Below are positions 35,401-47,438 of a DNA stretch of 64,000 bases, piece after piece. Each line of letters opens with the position of its first letter. Within the stretch, counting starts at the first letter, position 1. Source of the stretch: Marsupella aquatica (Eukaryota; Plantae; Marchantiophyta); contig OZ316895.1 in assembly GCA_973895155.1 (NCBI GenBank), positions 5,397,181-5,461,180 on the forward strand, given 5' to 3'. The translations under genes and the position numbers were made by a program. A model generated the notes under the pieces. That model was given only the letters and a program-made list of their open reading frames with translations. It ran no database searches and had not been told where the DNA came from.

Positions 35401-37086
35401 GGTTGATGATGGTTTGAGTGGTGCACTTTTAGTAGGGTCTTTAAGTGTGCCTCTCGGTAAGTTTGCTACTGTGAGTATATCTCAGGCCAGGCCGGGATCT
35501 AGTGCTCCATATTTTCATCGCCCAGATGATTCTGAGGTTGGAAATGTAAGTGCAGTGGGAAGTCGTGCAGAATCCCATGGGTTGCCAGGTGTGGTGCATT
35601 CTTTTCAAGACTCTCGCTCGTCTTCTCATCTGCATATTGCTACAGGAAATAGTGATTGTTCTGAACCATTGGAGAAAAGTCTGGGCAGCTCTCTTCAAGC
35701 GTCTGGTTTAAGATCTTTCCCCATTTCTACTCAATCCCCAAATTTGAAATCTCAGGTCTCGTCCACTAGTCCTGAGAGAGTAGAAAGTAGTCGCCATATT
35801 GCTCCACCACCTGGACATGAGAGAGTTGCTGTCAAGCAAGGGTCCTGGCAGGCTTCTGCCGGACGCTATGTCCATGCCAAGGTGTGGCGTGCAGTTGGTG
35901 TGGTAGGGGAGCGGCAAGAGTTAAATGCTACTAGCGGGGACAGTGCGTCTGATTTTTTTGAGGGAAGACTTTCCCAAGATGTAGATTCTTCAGGAAGGAG
36001 TGAGGGTGAAAGAGAAACCTCCCCAATGGCAGATGCATGGCAGGTTAGCCCCACGCGGGACCATCATTTTGTCAGAGGGCATTCTGAGGAAAGACATGAC
36101 GTCGATGACGATCATCTGAAGTCACAAGTTATGTCAGAGGGAAAAGCTGATTATAAAAGCAAAGCACGAAGTGACAATGGACTCGAGAATGCATCGGGAC
36201 TCTACTCTTTATCTATTTATGTGGACGCAGGAACGTTTCTTAATGAAAGTAAGGTTCTTCTGTCACCAGTTATCCAGTACATTGTGACGTTCTTTTTAGC
36301 TTACCTGAAAGTTTATAAGATTGCTGTTGTTTTTTGGGTGGCTTTCGTGGATCGAGAACGTTTCCATGCTTTGATTAATGATTGGATTTCTCAAGTGCAT
36401 TTTTGTTTTATTTTCTCGGGCGGTAGTCCGAGATATCGAAGTGTTGGTCTTTCTTCAGAAGAATAAATTTAAGTTCCTGTAATCATGCAGGGTGGAGAGC
36501 AGCTTTGGCGCATGCATCTGATGACGAAGTGTTACTTATAGGTGACAACATTTCGAACGAGGCAGAGGGATTCAACTTTCTGGATATGGTGTCGCGGCAA
36601 ATGTCCAAGGAAAGCAGTCGGCAAATTCCTGGTGCAGAATCTGGGCCATCTACATCTTCCTCTAGTGTGACCGAGTTATCAGGAAAAGCTACACAAGATG
36701 AGGGTGTGTCTTTGTCTAAAATTTTCGGCGATTCTGATCATACTGGTGTGGAAGATATAATATGTCCTTCAACAATTGACGAGCAAGCATTGGATGGAGC
36801 TAGCCCTCAAGCTCATTTATCAGAGGATGATACAGGGTTGAGGGATGCTTCCACATCTCCTCTTGGCAGCGAACACAACATGAGTGGGAGTGAGACGGCA
36901 TCATCTGCTTCACTAGCCAGGGGGGGAGGATCAGGAGGTGGGGCTGTTGGTTCCTCTTATTCTAGGCGTGGGAATAGTAGGCAAGAAAGGTGGCATAGAA
37001 ATTCCCGAGATAGAGTTCTGGAACAGAGATACGGGGCTCGAAGACGGGCTCCAGCGGAGAAGAATTCTTCAGCTACGAGGTGCTAA
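29434..37086 (+). CDS. Plant C2H2-type zinc-finger protein (At4g25610-like family), 10 coding exons
   Basis: In-frame GT-AG model: 29434-30287, 30559-31586, 31787-31908, 32049-32096, 32288-32341, 32581-32685, 33325-33522, 33721-33806, 33916-36248, 36491-37086. Motifs VPPGVVAF, CEKCAREFCSTLNYRRHVRVH, AFWDKLT, LDDASEKTFL, VKAWMSDKEAEALRCQQALFKEEEAAQ and FLNERW. The start codon is the least certain part. Confidence 0.85.
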
Positions 37087-39816
37087 AGTTGTCTGAGAAG
37101 GTTTGGGCTTGTAAATCAGTTGCTAAGAGTCTCTTCCCCTGCTTGCTCTGATTCTTTAGACAGGTATTGCCATTGCAATGACCTGTTGTGCCAATACTGT
37201 AGTCAACTACGGCAGCTGTCTATAGGTGCTTGTGCATCGAAGTGTAGGCCATGTGGATTACAACAACGCATGGATGCATAATCCACAGTAGTTGAAGAGT
37301 GTCCAACCTGTTGAGTGATTTCACAGGTATCGAGTTCCTTGACCATTGCAGGCCAGTTGGAGTACATTTTTTAGGTACCTTTCTCGCTTGTTGAAGTTTT
37401 TTGGCCTAAGGTAGCGGGATCTCTTCGCCATTAAGGGTTCTCTATGTTAGGAAGCAGCGGCTTGTAAATATTTTTAGGAGGAAGAGTCATAAAAATCAGT
37501 GAATTTTGTCGTATTCGTTTGTGCACGGATCATTCCAACCTGTCTGATCAGTTAGGGCTCACTAAGATTAAGAGGTCTCTATCATTATTGGATGGAGATC
37601 TGATTTGGATGGATATCTGATTTGCATGGAGGGAACTACAGTAGTGAAATTCACTAATAAGGTTAACTAGTGACATCCTGCACTGTTTGTTTAACAATTG
37701 ATTACATTTCGCACCCTCGTTTCTCTGTGCCCTCGGCCTGTGCCTAGGCAGTTCAGAACCTTTTAGTCTTTCTCCTGAACATATAGCTTAATTTATTTCA
37801 AGCATTTGTTGAGGTCAGAAAGACAGCCATTTCTTGCGAGAGAACGGAATAACGAGTGCATGCGCCCTAGAGAAAAACCCCAAATAGGTACCTGCATGGA
37901 AGCAGTACCTGGATGGGAGCAGGCTTAAATGGGATTTAGGGTTTAGGATATTGGGACTAAACCTGGACTTATCCTATTGCAGGGCTCTCATGCCCTTGAG
38001 TTTATAATATGCTCGTGCATGTTTGATTCGGATAGGAGTGCGTTGGCGTACTGCTATGCAACACAGGATACAGCTTCGATGGGTTTCAGGAAATGGGGTT
38101 GCTTTGCCAATCAGTCTGTCATCCCCATTTCGCACTGCCAATCTTGGTTGCCCAGTACCTCGGTAGTGCGAAATGGGGAATGGCATACAATAGGCCGATT
38201 TTGCACTGCCAATCTGGCTGCACAGGTAAAAGGTATTTGAACACATCTGAAACACCCGGACCTAGTCAGTAGCAGCTGCCTGCATTGGGCCCGCCAACCA
38301 CCTTGGCAAGCTTTTTTCTTTGCACATTGAGGGGTTACATTGAGGGGTTACATTGAGGTCATTGCACTTGTAACTCCTAAATTTTTGGGTTGACTCTGGC
38401 AATCCTATGGTTCAGAATATATACAAGTAAATATCTTGGTAAAAATGTAAGGTGAATTTGCTTAGTACTGCTCCTTAATGGGGGTATCAATCGCTGCAAT
38501 GCTAACTGGCTTTAAGAGTGAAGAAAAAACGGCCAAGGCCTACCGCGAGAATTTTGAAGTTACCCTTGACCAACAAGATAATTTGAGTTTGGTTAGTGTC
38601 ATTTGTGAAAGTGAAGAGTTCTGGGGCTTAGACGAACAAAATCCATCTTTGGTCCCAAGTTTTTTTAAAGAATACCCGAAACCATGCACATGTGTAACCA
38701 CTTGCTTAACCACTTGCTTTAGTCAGGTGCAGGAAAACCCCATCAGGTTTATTAGATAGTTATTGTACATGCTTTTGGCCACTAAATCATGTGATAAAGT
38801 GTCCCTCCGGGAACGATCTCTGAAAGGTCTTAAAAATATTTGTATAAAAAGGAAAAATGCACGTATACCATAATTTGCAATCTACTTTACCACTCTTAGA
38901 GTGAAGCCTTACACCTCAACTTCTTTGGGAACAGGAAATTTTAATTTTAAACTATGTTTGTAAAAACGTGAGAATATTGGACATTTTTTGTTTTTATATG
39001 GACAATGATGGTTTTGTTAGAATTTACTTTTAGGTTTAGAGTTATGATTGTACCATAGTTAAAGTTAATCTTAATTGCAGATTTGGTTAGGTTAGTCATG
39101 TTATGTACACTCTATACCCAAGCAATGTTTGTTTGGAGAGTGTGAACTTAAGTTCATTATTACGGAGTTAATTGAGAGATAGAGAGAGTTTGCGTTATGA
39201 ATGTTTGATATGGTCGGTTGGTCTAGAGTTCAATAAAACTCATGTGTGTTCTCGTGAACGTAGTTTCATGTGAAGGTGAACCACGTATCTATCTGTGTTG
39301 ACTCTTGTGCGTTGGATGGTTCATGGGCTTGCCGTTGTGATTGTCATATATGCTCAACGGGTTTAAACGCAGATCAGAGCTTTTAGGGTGTTCAGGACAT
39401 GGGTTGTTTTGCATGGAATAACACTTTCAGTCATTCCCAATTTTTGCATAGGTACTCTTGGTTACACAAGACAGCTACCATGAGAATTTGATGTTATCAA
39501 CAAATGACTTGACTTCAATCCATTTTCTTTTTTGCATTCCATCCTTTGTATATGAGAACTGATCCTTATAGTAAGGTTGTGTGTTGATCTAACATTATGT
39601 TTCTTGTCCACTCAGTCATCACCACATGAGTCATCACCACATGTGAAAACTTATGTCTCATTCAAAGAGTCAGATGTCACATGTGTAACTTTGATACCAC
39701 TCTGTGTGGAAGATACATACTTTGCATGGACATTGAGCAATGAGATATAGATTGTACCTTTAATAAGCATTCACCTCTCCTGAAAGTATGAAAAAATCAC
39801 CCATGTAGCTTTATGG

Positions 39817-39920
39817 GGTATATGGTCTCCCTTATATCTTCCCGCATTTGCCAGGTCGACATGTGGTTGCCCTATATCTCACAAAATTTAATTGAGTGAC
39901 CTTAGTCCTACACATTATTA
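39817..39920. repeat. Dispersed ~105-bp repeat, copy 1 (copy 2 at 43077-43182, same orientation)
   Basis: Shared GGTATATGGTCTCCC...CAGGT(C/T)G(A/G)CAT...ATCTCA...AGTGACCTT..TCCTACACA..TATTA. Confidence 0.7.
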
Positions 39921-41172
39921 CAGCTCTTTACTAACCTGTCCCCCATACTACCCAAATTTACTAATCTGCCCCCCAAACCAAAATGATATGTCAACCTGGC
40001 CCCCATTCTGCATCTGGGTTAGTTGTAACTCATCATCAGGTCACCTTTGACCTGTGAGCTTTTGATGGTGATCAAAGATGGACGCCTTGGCCATGGAAAG
40101 GTAAGCATTGTTGTCAAGGCATTTGCAAGATGCATTTGGCCGGTTGTTAGATTGCTTGCCTCAATATTTTGTTCATGTAAAAGTTGTTGGACACTGCTAG
40201 ATATTATCTGCATGGTTGTGTGAAGTTTGGATTTAAAGGATGCATTACCCAACCCTATACCTTCTACACCTGAAATGTATCTAGAAATCTTGCATGAGTT
40301 GAGGAAAGAAGCAATGAAGAGCTTGGATAGGACGAAGGTAGAGGCTGAAGTTGCATGCTACACCATTACCTTTGGCACCCATAGCAATGATTTTCATTGA
40401 CAAAGTTGGAGAACCAAGGACAAAATCAATTGGGACAGCCCTGGGATGTCAGTGGAGTATGTCAATGGCCCAACAACAATGTGGAAAGTAGTGCAATTCA
40501 AGCCAAGATTCTATGCCATTGTTTGTGGATCTCAGCCTTGGATTACAAGATATGGGACAAATGTACTCAGCAAGCATGGGGATTTGAATCATTTAAGACT
40601 GGTGAGGAGGCACTAGAGCACATGTGCAATGGATTTAGGCCACAAGATACTTGGGTAATTCCTCATAAGTAAAATGCAAAATTGTTCAGGTTCCCAGTCC
40701 GATTGGGGTTGATGCACATTCAGCTTTGATATAATATATATGTAATCCAATTAAAATTTTGTTCTATTGGACTCTATACGTTTCACTCAGGTTCAATGAT
40801 GCAATCATATAATCCAGCAACTTCATTTGACATCTCTTTAATTTAAAGTGACCAAATTTAATGCAAAAATTTTGTGCAAAAAATCCATGCAAACAGGCTA
40901 TTGTACCCTTCCAATGCCACACATTTAATTTTTAGGTTTGTTGAAGCAAACAACTCTTACACCATGGGCCAAGTAGAGCATATTAGCCTAAAAGTTTCAT
41001 CAACAACATTGCCCTAGATTGATCTTTGTGATTTGGCTGTCTGAAGCAAGTGAGAGAACCTTTCCATGTCAAAGCTTTCCTGACTTGTGTCATTGTTGTT
41101 CATGTCCAAGCTGCCAAGGTTCTTCTTAGCATTTAGTCTAAGTAACAGCTTCTCTCATTGCCTTGTGTTGGG

Positions 41173-41507
41173 GGCAACTCCTCTTGTCATGGCCTAAGTG
41201 CTCACCACACACAACACACTTTTTGGGCAGCCTCTGAATTTCCTCACCTTGAAACTGCATCCTTGATTGCATCTGTAAATCTCTGTGTCGGATACAGTTT
41301 CCTATGCTTCAATGGTGTCCACAATTGAGGTCTGGCAGCAGTTCATTCATCAATAAGGTAAGGAGATGAGCTCGTATGTCACCCATAATGTTTCGATTGT
41401 ATACTCAATGGAGAAACATGATCATAATGCCTTGTGCACAATCTGGTCAAGGCCCGTAAGGCATGTACGCAAGGTAACAAACAATCTTGGAATTCAGCAC
41501 ATTGTGA
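41173..41507 (-). pseudogene. Second MULE transposase relic (SWIM + zinc knuckle)
   Basis: The minus strand encodes SQCAEFQDCLLPCVHA (41459-41507) and KCVVCGEHLGHDKRSCP (41173-41222). A C-rich TIR-like stretch at ~39930-40010 may be its end. Confidence 0.65.
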
Positions 41508-42175
41508 AATTCAAACCACTCAGGGAATTGGAAGGGTGGGCAGTAAGGTGAGATGCTTTCTCTTCAATCCCTCAAGTACACCATAATGTTGGGTGGGATT
41601 GAAGTTTTGACACCTGTAGCCAACTCTTGCTTTTGAAACACTTGACTATGATATAATCCCAAAGCTGAAAGGACAGATTAGAGATTTTCGTAAACTAAGA
41701 GGGTCAAAATTCATGGCCACTTCACTCGGACACTCTGAGAAATAAGTTCCTTCACATTGTATGTTGGCTCGAAACGTCAAGAACTGGCTTGCGGACGAGT
41801 CAGAGATAGTACAAATCTGAGTTCAATTGGGGTGTCACTTCATGTCATTTCATTGGTTAGATGGCAAGGATTTCTTTTGTGTATGACGGCTAGCATTTGT
41901 AAACCTTTGCAGAAAAGGTGTCAGGGACAGTTGGTGGGGATACGCATGTGCAGAACGGAGGTTCATTCTGTTGCCCTTGATTGCATTATCTGGGGCAATG
42001 TTTGGAAACCTTACTGAGAAGAAAAGACTAACCACTTCCTTTGGCAATTAACTCATTGACTCAATGCAACTAAGCACTATATTGGTCAAAGGACTATCTG
42101 TCATGATAACAAAGATGGTTCTGACTATAATTACCCTGTTTGTTTGGAGTGATGTAATTTGGTGGTGCCTAAGCT

Positions 42176-42670
42176 GTGACAAATCTGCACATGAAAATAT
42201 TCTTCATTGTTAGTGGGAGTGTCCGGAATCTCAGTAGATTTGGGTACTGTGTGCACACATTATGCAATGGGCTTTTACATACTTGTGTTCTTCCCTTTCA
42301 TTGTGACATTGTTCACCCAAATTTGGGGGCACCTTTTACCAGAGGTGGTGGGGTACCTATTAAGCTCTGGAATACTGTGTTGGGTATTGTCAATTGGCAA
42401 ATTTGGAAGCCTAGATGCTCACTGGAGAAGGAGCAGGTCAGAATCTCGGATTTTAATATGAAAGTTAAGATCTGGCTTGAGATTGGCTTTAGTCTAAAAC
42501 TTGCTTGGAAACAAAGAGTCTCTCAACATGTGGAGCAGGGTGGCAAACATTACCAGGATCTGGTTGGAAAGATGGAAAGGGATTATGGTCGTGATGGAGG
42601 ACTTTTCTCTCTTGTTGATTGGATTTTTCTGGTGAACCTTGGTCCTCTGTGGGCTTTTGACCCACCTTGA
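42176..42670 (+). pseudogene. L1-type LINE ORF2 C-terminal relic
   Basis: LWNTVLGIVNWQIWKPRCS resembles the WxIWKxRN motif downstream of zf-RVT. It is followed by a T-rich 3' UTR-like stretch. Confidence 0.55.
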
Positions 42671-44429
42671 GTTTTGATTGGATGTGGTTCTTTGGATTCA
42701 ATTTTTTTTGCTGTGTTCCTTGAATTTTAGTTTTAGTGCCCCTGATTCTTTGCAATTGGTTAATACTCTTGTGGATTTTTGTTGGTGGACACTCGTTCAA
42801 ATCTTTCTGGATCTCTTCCTGTTTTTTGGCCTGAGTCAGCCCTCTCTCTTGCGGCAGTAGTTAGGTGTTTTTTATCCTTTGGGTGGGGGACATGTTGTCA
42901 CCATGCACCAGTAGCCACTGTTATTTCCATTTCCCTCTTGACTACATGCATTTGGTCTTTGAGTAGGTTCGTGGCATTTGACCTTTTTGGGGTCTGACTT
43001 GACTCTTGGCTTTTACTGGTTTTATTTCTCATATAAGCAAAGCACTTCTTTTAAGAAAAATTTGAAAAAACTAAGTGGTATATGGTCTCCCCAAGCCTCC
43101 CTGCCTAGGCAGGTTGGCATAGGGTAGTCTCATCTCAGATCTCATAAAGCTGACCAAGTGACCTTCATCCTACACACTATTATCCATCAAATTTTGTGTT
43201 TCCATCACATTGTCTAAGAGGAATTTATGGAAAAAAAACAAACCCCGCTTCTATCTGATTGGTGATGTTACTTTCTGAAGTGTGAAGTGGACCCCATTTG
43301 AGACACACCCCCAGTAACTCTGGTGCAGCCCTTAAGAGCTATTTGAGAGCCACTCATCTGACGACACCAAGATCACGTTGTACAGTATACCACAGTGAAG
43401 GACAGGACAAGACACCGAAGAAAAGTACGAAGGTTGTTACCGTAGGCACTACGTTCGTTTAACAATGAAAGAAAGCCCTCTTTTGGTTGCCGTAGTGCTT
43501 ACGTTAATTATTAACCACTTGCAGGAAACAACGTCAGTCTGTCACAAATCTGACATAGACATGCGCTTATCTCAAGTCTTCCTTTGATTATTATTTTTTG
43601 GTTTTTTGTTGGAGGGGCTGTGGCAGCGTATTTTTGGTGGCTGAAATTAGTCAAAATTCACCTCACTGAAGAGTCTTGGCCACATTTGGCTAAAATTGGC
43701 CAGGTATTTTTTTTTGTCATGGAGTAGCCAGTTTCATACCTGGCCGCAGACTGGTATTTGATGGTCATCCTTAAATCTTGGGAGATCTATGGTCATAAAT
43801 TAATCTAGAAATGATAGGTAAGGAATAATCTCAGCATCTTCTTTTTCAGACAAGGTGTCGATGGGCACCCTGGTGGAAAAGGAAAAACATCTAAAATTAC
43901 TGTGGGCTGGGGTCTTTCTTAGAGTGGACTTAATGGTGGTCCATTGCCTTATTTTATTCCACCTGAGATTAGATCTGGACCATACCATGAGTGGAAGGGC
44001 TCCCGTTGGCTTGACTAGAATTCAATCCCATTCAAGTAGGGTGTCTGCCTATCCTACATGGCAAGAAATGGGCCCAAAGAAATGCTATTGCAGAGTGCAT
44101 ATTTTGTCTAGAATGTTGGACCACCTCTTTAAGTGGTCCAACATGTTCTCATTCGTTGAAGGGATTCGTTTATTTAACTTTATTTCAGGAGTTTTTGGTG
44201 TGGAGTCTAGATCTTTAGAAACAAGAAGTGACTCTCCAGATTGGTTTGGTAGAAAAAAGTTGCAAAGTGTCCCCAGCATCTTGTAATGTCACCCTTGTAA
44301 AGTCACCTTGCAGCATCCAACCCAATAGTGGCAGAAAAGGGCTGGACCAAAAATGACACTAAGTATGACCTGGAGCAAATTCCAAATTTCTTGACTGTGC
44401 CACAAACAGAAGTTGTCATGATTAAATGA

Positions 44430-45230
44430 TTAGGGATCTAATTCTTGTTTGTAGCAGTTCTTCTTGTTCCGCCTTTTCTTTGCTTGTCCAAGCAACAGTC
44501 TTTTCATAATTCCAACATTTTTGCATCTCCTTTATTCATTGGGCTTCCTCGCCACTTAGTAAATGATCAAGATTTTATGGTAAGATCAGCAAATCCTAAT
44601 GCCCTGTGGTTTTTCTAGTTGTAGTTTTCAGTACTATATGAAAGACAAACACAATCAAGACTTGGACAGACTAGTTATGAAATTCACCTCTACTTCAACT
44701 AAAACCATCCAAATAAAAGTCTCTTAGGTCTGTAAATGTATTAATGTTATCTTTACGGGAGCCCGGGCTCTTTGAATAGGAAATCTGATGGGGACTCCAC
44801 TATGTGCCCAGGAAGTATCGAAACCATTCCTCACCCTTTTCTTGAATTCTCTCATGCTGACAGCGCTAGAGACAAGGCCAGAGTCGGTTGAATGGAGAGA
44901 TTGTTGGGCCTGCCATCAAGTTTAATTGAGATGCCAAAAACACTCAGTGGTCCCAGACATTTACAGACACTTTGCTTATTCACTGTATACCATGTTCTTT
45001 GGTGCATTTGGATCATTAGGAATGGGCCCCGGAATAGGCAAATGTCTGACTCTAGTAGATGACTTCTAATCAATCAGTGTTTGGTTTTCTTAGAAATTTT
45101 ACTGTAGATAGTTATGCTGCAAGTGCTCATGGCAACCAACAAACACGGTTACTTTGGACAAAGAGTGCCCTGCCGGTAACCACACATCAAAATGTGGCAA
45201 TATGTGATGTGCACTCATTGATTTGAAGAA
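44430..45230 (-). pseudogene. L1-type reverse transcriptase relic
   Basis: The minus strand shows degenerate GYRQG (RQGDPLSP-like, ~45170), IRSHLLESDICLF (SHLLFADD-like, ~45050) and a KWRG...W...CLDKQ..G segment (~44480-44560) in the expected order. Confidence 0.5.
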
Positions 45231-47438
45231 ACTAACGAGGTTTATCATGGTATGGAGGGATAAGAGTGTGTTCAAGTGGACAAGAAGTAGTTTGCTGGAG
45301 CTTGGTTTTTTACGGTTTACATACTTGGTAGGCTCAAGAAAGTAGTTTTGGTAGGTTCATACTTGGGATGGAGTAGAGACCTTTTCTTCCAATGGCTCAA
45401 AGGTGCTGTCTCATAGGGTGGACAACTGTTCTGCACTTATATTGCTAGAGGATTGATGGACTGATTTTAGGTCCCTTATTGACATCTTTGTGTGGCATCA
45501 ATCCATGACACCCAAACTCTACATATTGTTTACTTTGGCCTTCTGATGCTGACATGGGGCATGGGTTCACGCAGAATAAACCCATGTGATTCCTTTTGAG
45601 CATCCAATGTTCCAAATCAAGTAGGACAGTTTGTCCAAGTAAAGAGGTTACCAATAGGTTTATAAGAGAAAGTTTTCTTATCTTTGTAGATTGTTAAAGT
45701 TGTGTTCTCAGTGCTAGAGAATCAAAACACATGGCTGTATAGATTTATCATATATTTGAGAGTTTAGCATATTTAGAAGGTCTAGCACTTTACTCATATG
45801 CATGTAATATCTGTAAACTTTTTTGGAGGTTGTTTCACACTTTTTTTATAATAGCAATAAGTTTCTGAATTGACTTGCGCTAGTGGACCTGGCTTCACTC
45901 CATGAATGAGAAGTTCCATGCACAATGAAACTTAGGATGGTAGTCATTTGGGTGGGATATCTCTTTTGCACAAAGAATAATATTTATTTGTCACTTGAAT
46001 CTAAGAGAGAGTTATTGCGGACCCCCATGGGAAGTTCCTTCCAAAATCCCGGGAAGCACGTGCAGCCACATCAGCACTATTGGTAACAAACAAGAATGGT
46101 TAGTTATGCAAAAAGTACCAAACAAGACTATATGTCTTTGAAACAAGTCAAAGAAAAACAGTTAGACCTTGTAATTGTAAAAACAATGGAAAATTGAATA
46201 ATAACATTTCAAATAAACAAGGAAAGGGGTGAAAAGGGGCTAAGAGAAAATAACCTTTGGATGCGTTGTGATTGATATATCAATATATTCCAGTAGATTG
46301 TATAATTTTCTATTTAATTAACAATTTTTGGAATAACCATGGGTAGAAAGAAACTCTTCGACTATTGTAACATTTAGCAAGGTAACGTAAGAAACCATTT
46401 GGTTACAATGGAAAAAGGAACACCAAGGGAACATAAAAAAGCTTTTGACTACTATGGATAAAGGAACCAAAAGAATGTAATCCCAAATGTAGTTAAGAAG
46501 CCCTTTGGCTTCTATAGTATTTTGGGTGGACTCTATGGACATAGGAGTACCAATTAAAGGAATGTTGTGCATGCACTTCTACCATGAATAATTAACTTTT
46601 TTTCCCTTTCATCTCCAATTTCAAATTTATTCTAATATGCAACTCTTCATGTGCTCTAACTTAGTTGTTGAATAACATCAAACTTACATAACCAAAGGGT
46701 CCTTGAACTAATTGTTTTCTCTTTTATCATGTAACTTTCCACCAATTTAGAGTTAAGAATCAAACTAATGTTCTTAAATTGTACTTTGTCAGTCTGAAAG
46801 TCATTGCCCTCTCATTCTCTACTATTCACTTTTTCAAAAAATCAATTTTCTTTTCTACTAAACAAGCATATATTTCCATTCTTTTCCCTCCAAGCCCATT
46901 GAATTTACTCACTCTTTGTCTCACAGCCTGAATATTTAAAATCAGATTTTATTTTTGGGAGGGCTCTTACAGCATGTGAGCTAAGTCGGAGGCAATATGG
47001 TAAAAGCCAGTGCCCAAGGAACCGCGGCCACTGAGGCTCGACACCGTGGCCGGCTTAGCCAAATCACCACACCTAATTGCGGCGCACTATAAATAGTGTA
47101 GTTTGCTTCGGGCTTGAGGACAAAGAAGACCAGAGGCGGTGACACCCGTAACGAGAGTGCTGTAAGACTGTCGTGTGGGCAGTCAGTCAGTTGACGAGTG
47201 CCTTCTTCGGTTCGAGGTGGGTCTTGAGATCGATGAACATCTGATCCAGGAAGCTCGTTTGCAATCCGAGAAAGGTTGTGTGGGAGACGGTGTGGGGGAG
47301 CCTTGTGGACGCTTTTTCCGGATGCGGAGAGGTGAGGGGCGGTGAGGAGAGAGGTGTGGCGCCAAGGAGGAAGGAGCTGAGACGAGGAGGGAGAAAACAA
47401 CTTCGGAGATTTTGCATCTGTGTGCCGCTGCGGCAGCT

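Noticed and set aside
38323-39643. Micro-duplications (ACATTGAGGGGTT x~2.7 at ~38325; AGTCATCACCACATG x2 at ~39614; similar ones at ~51960 and ~55855)
   Set aside because: Ordinary slippage products with no sign of function.
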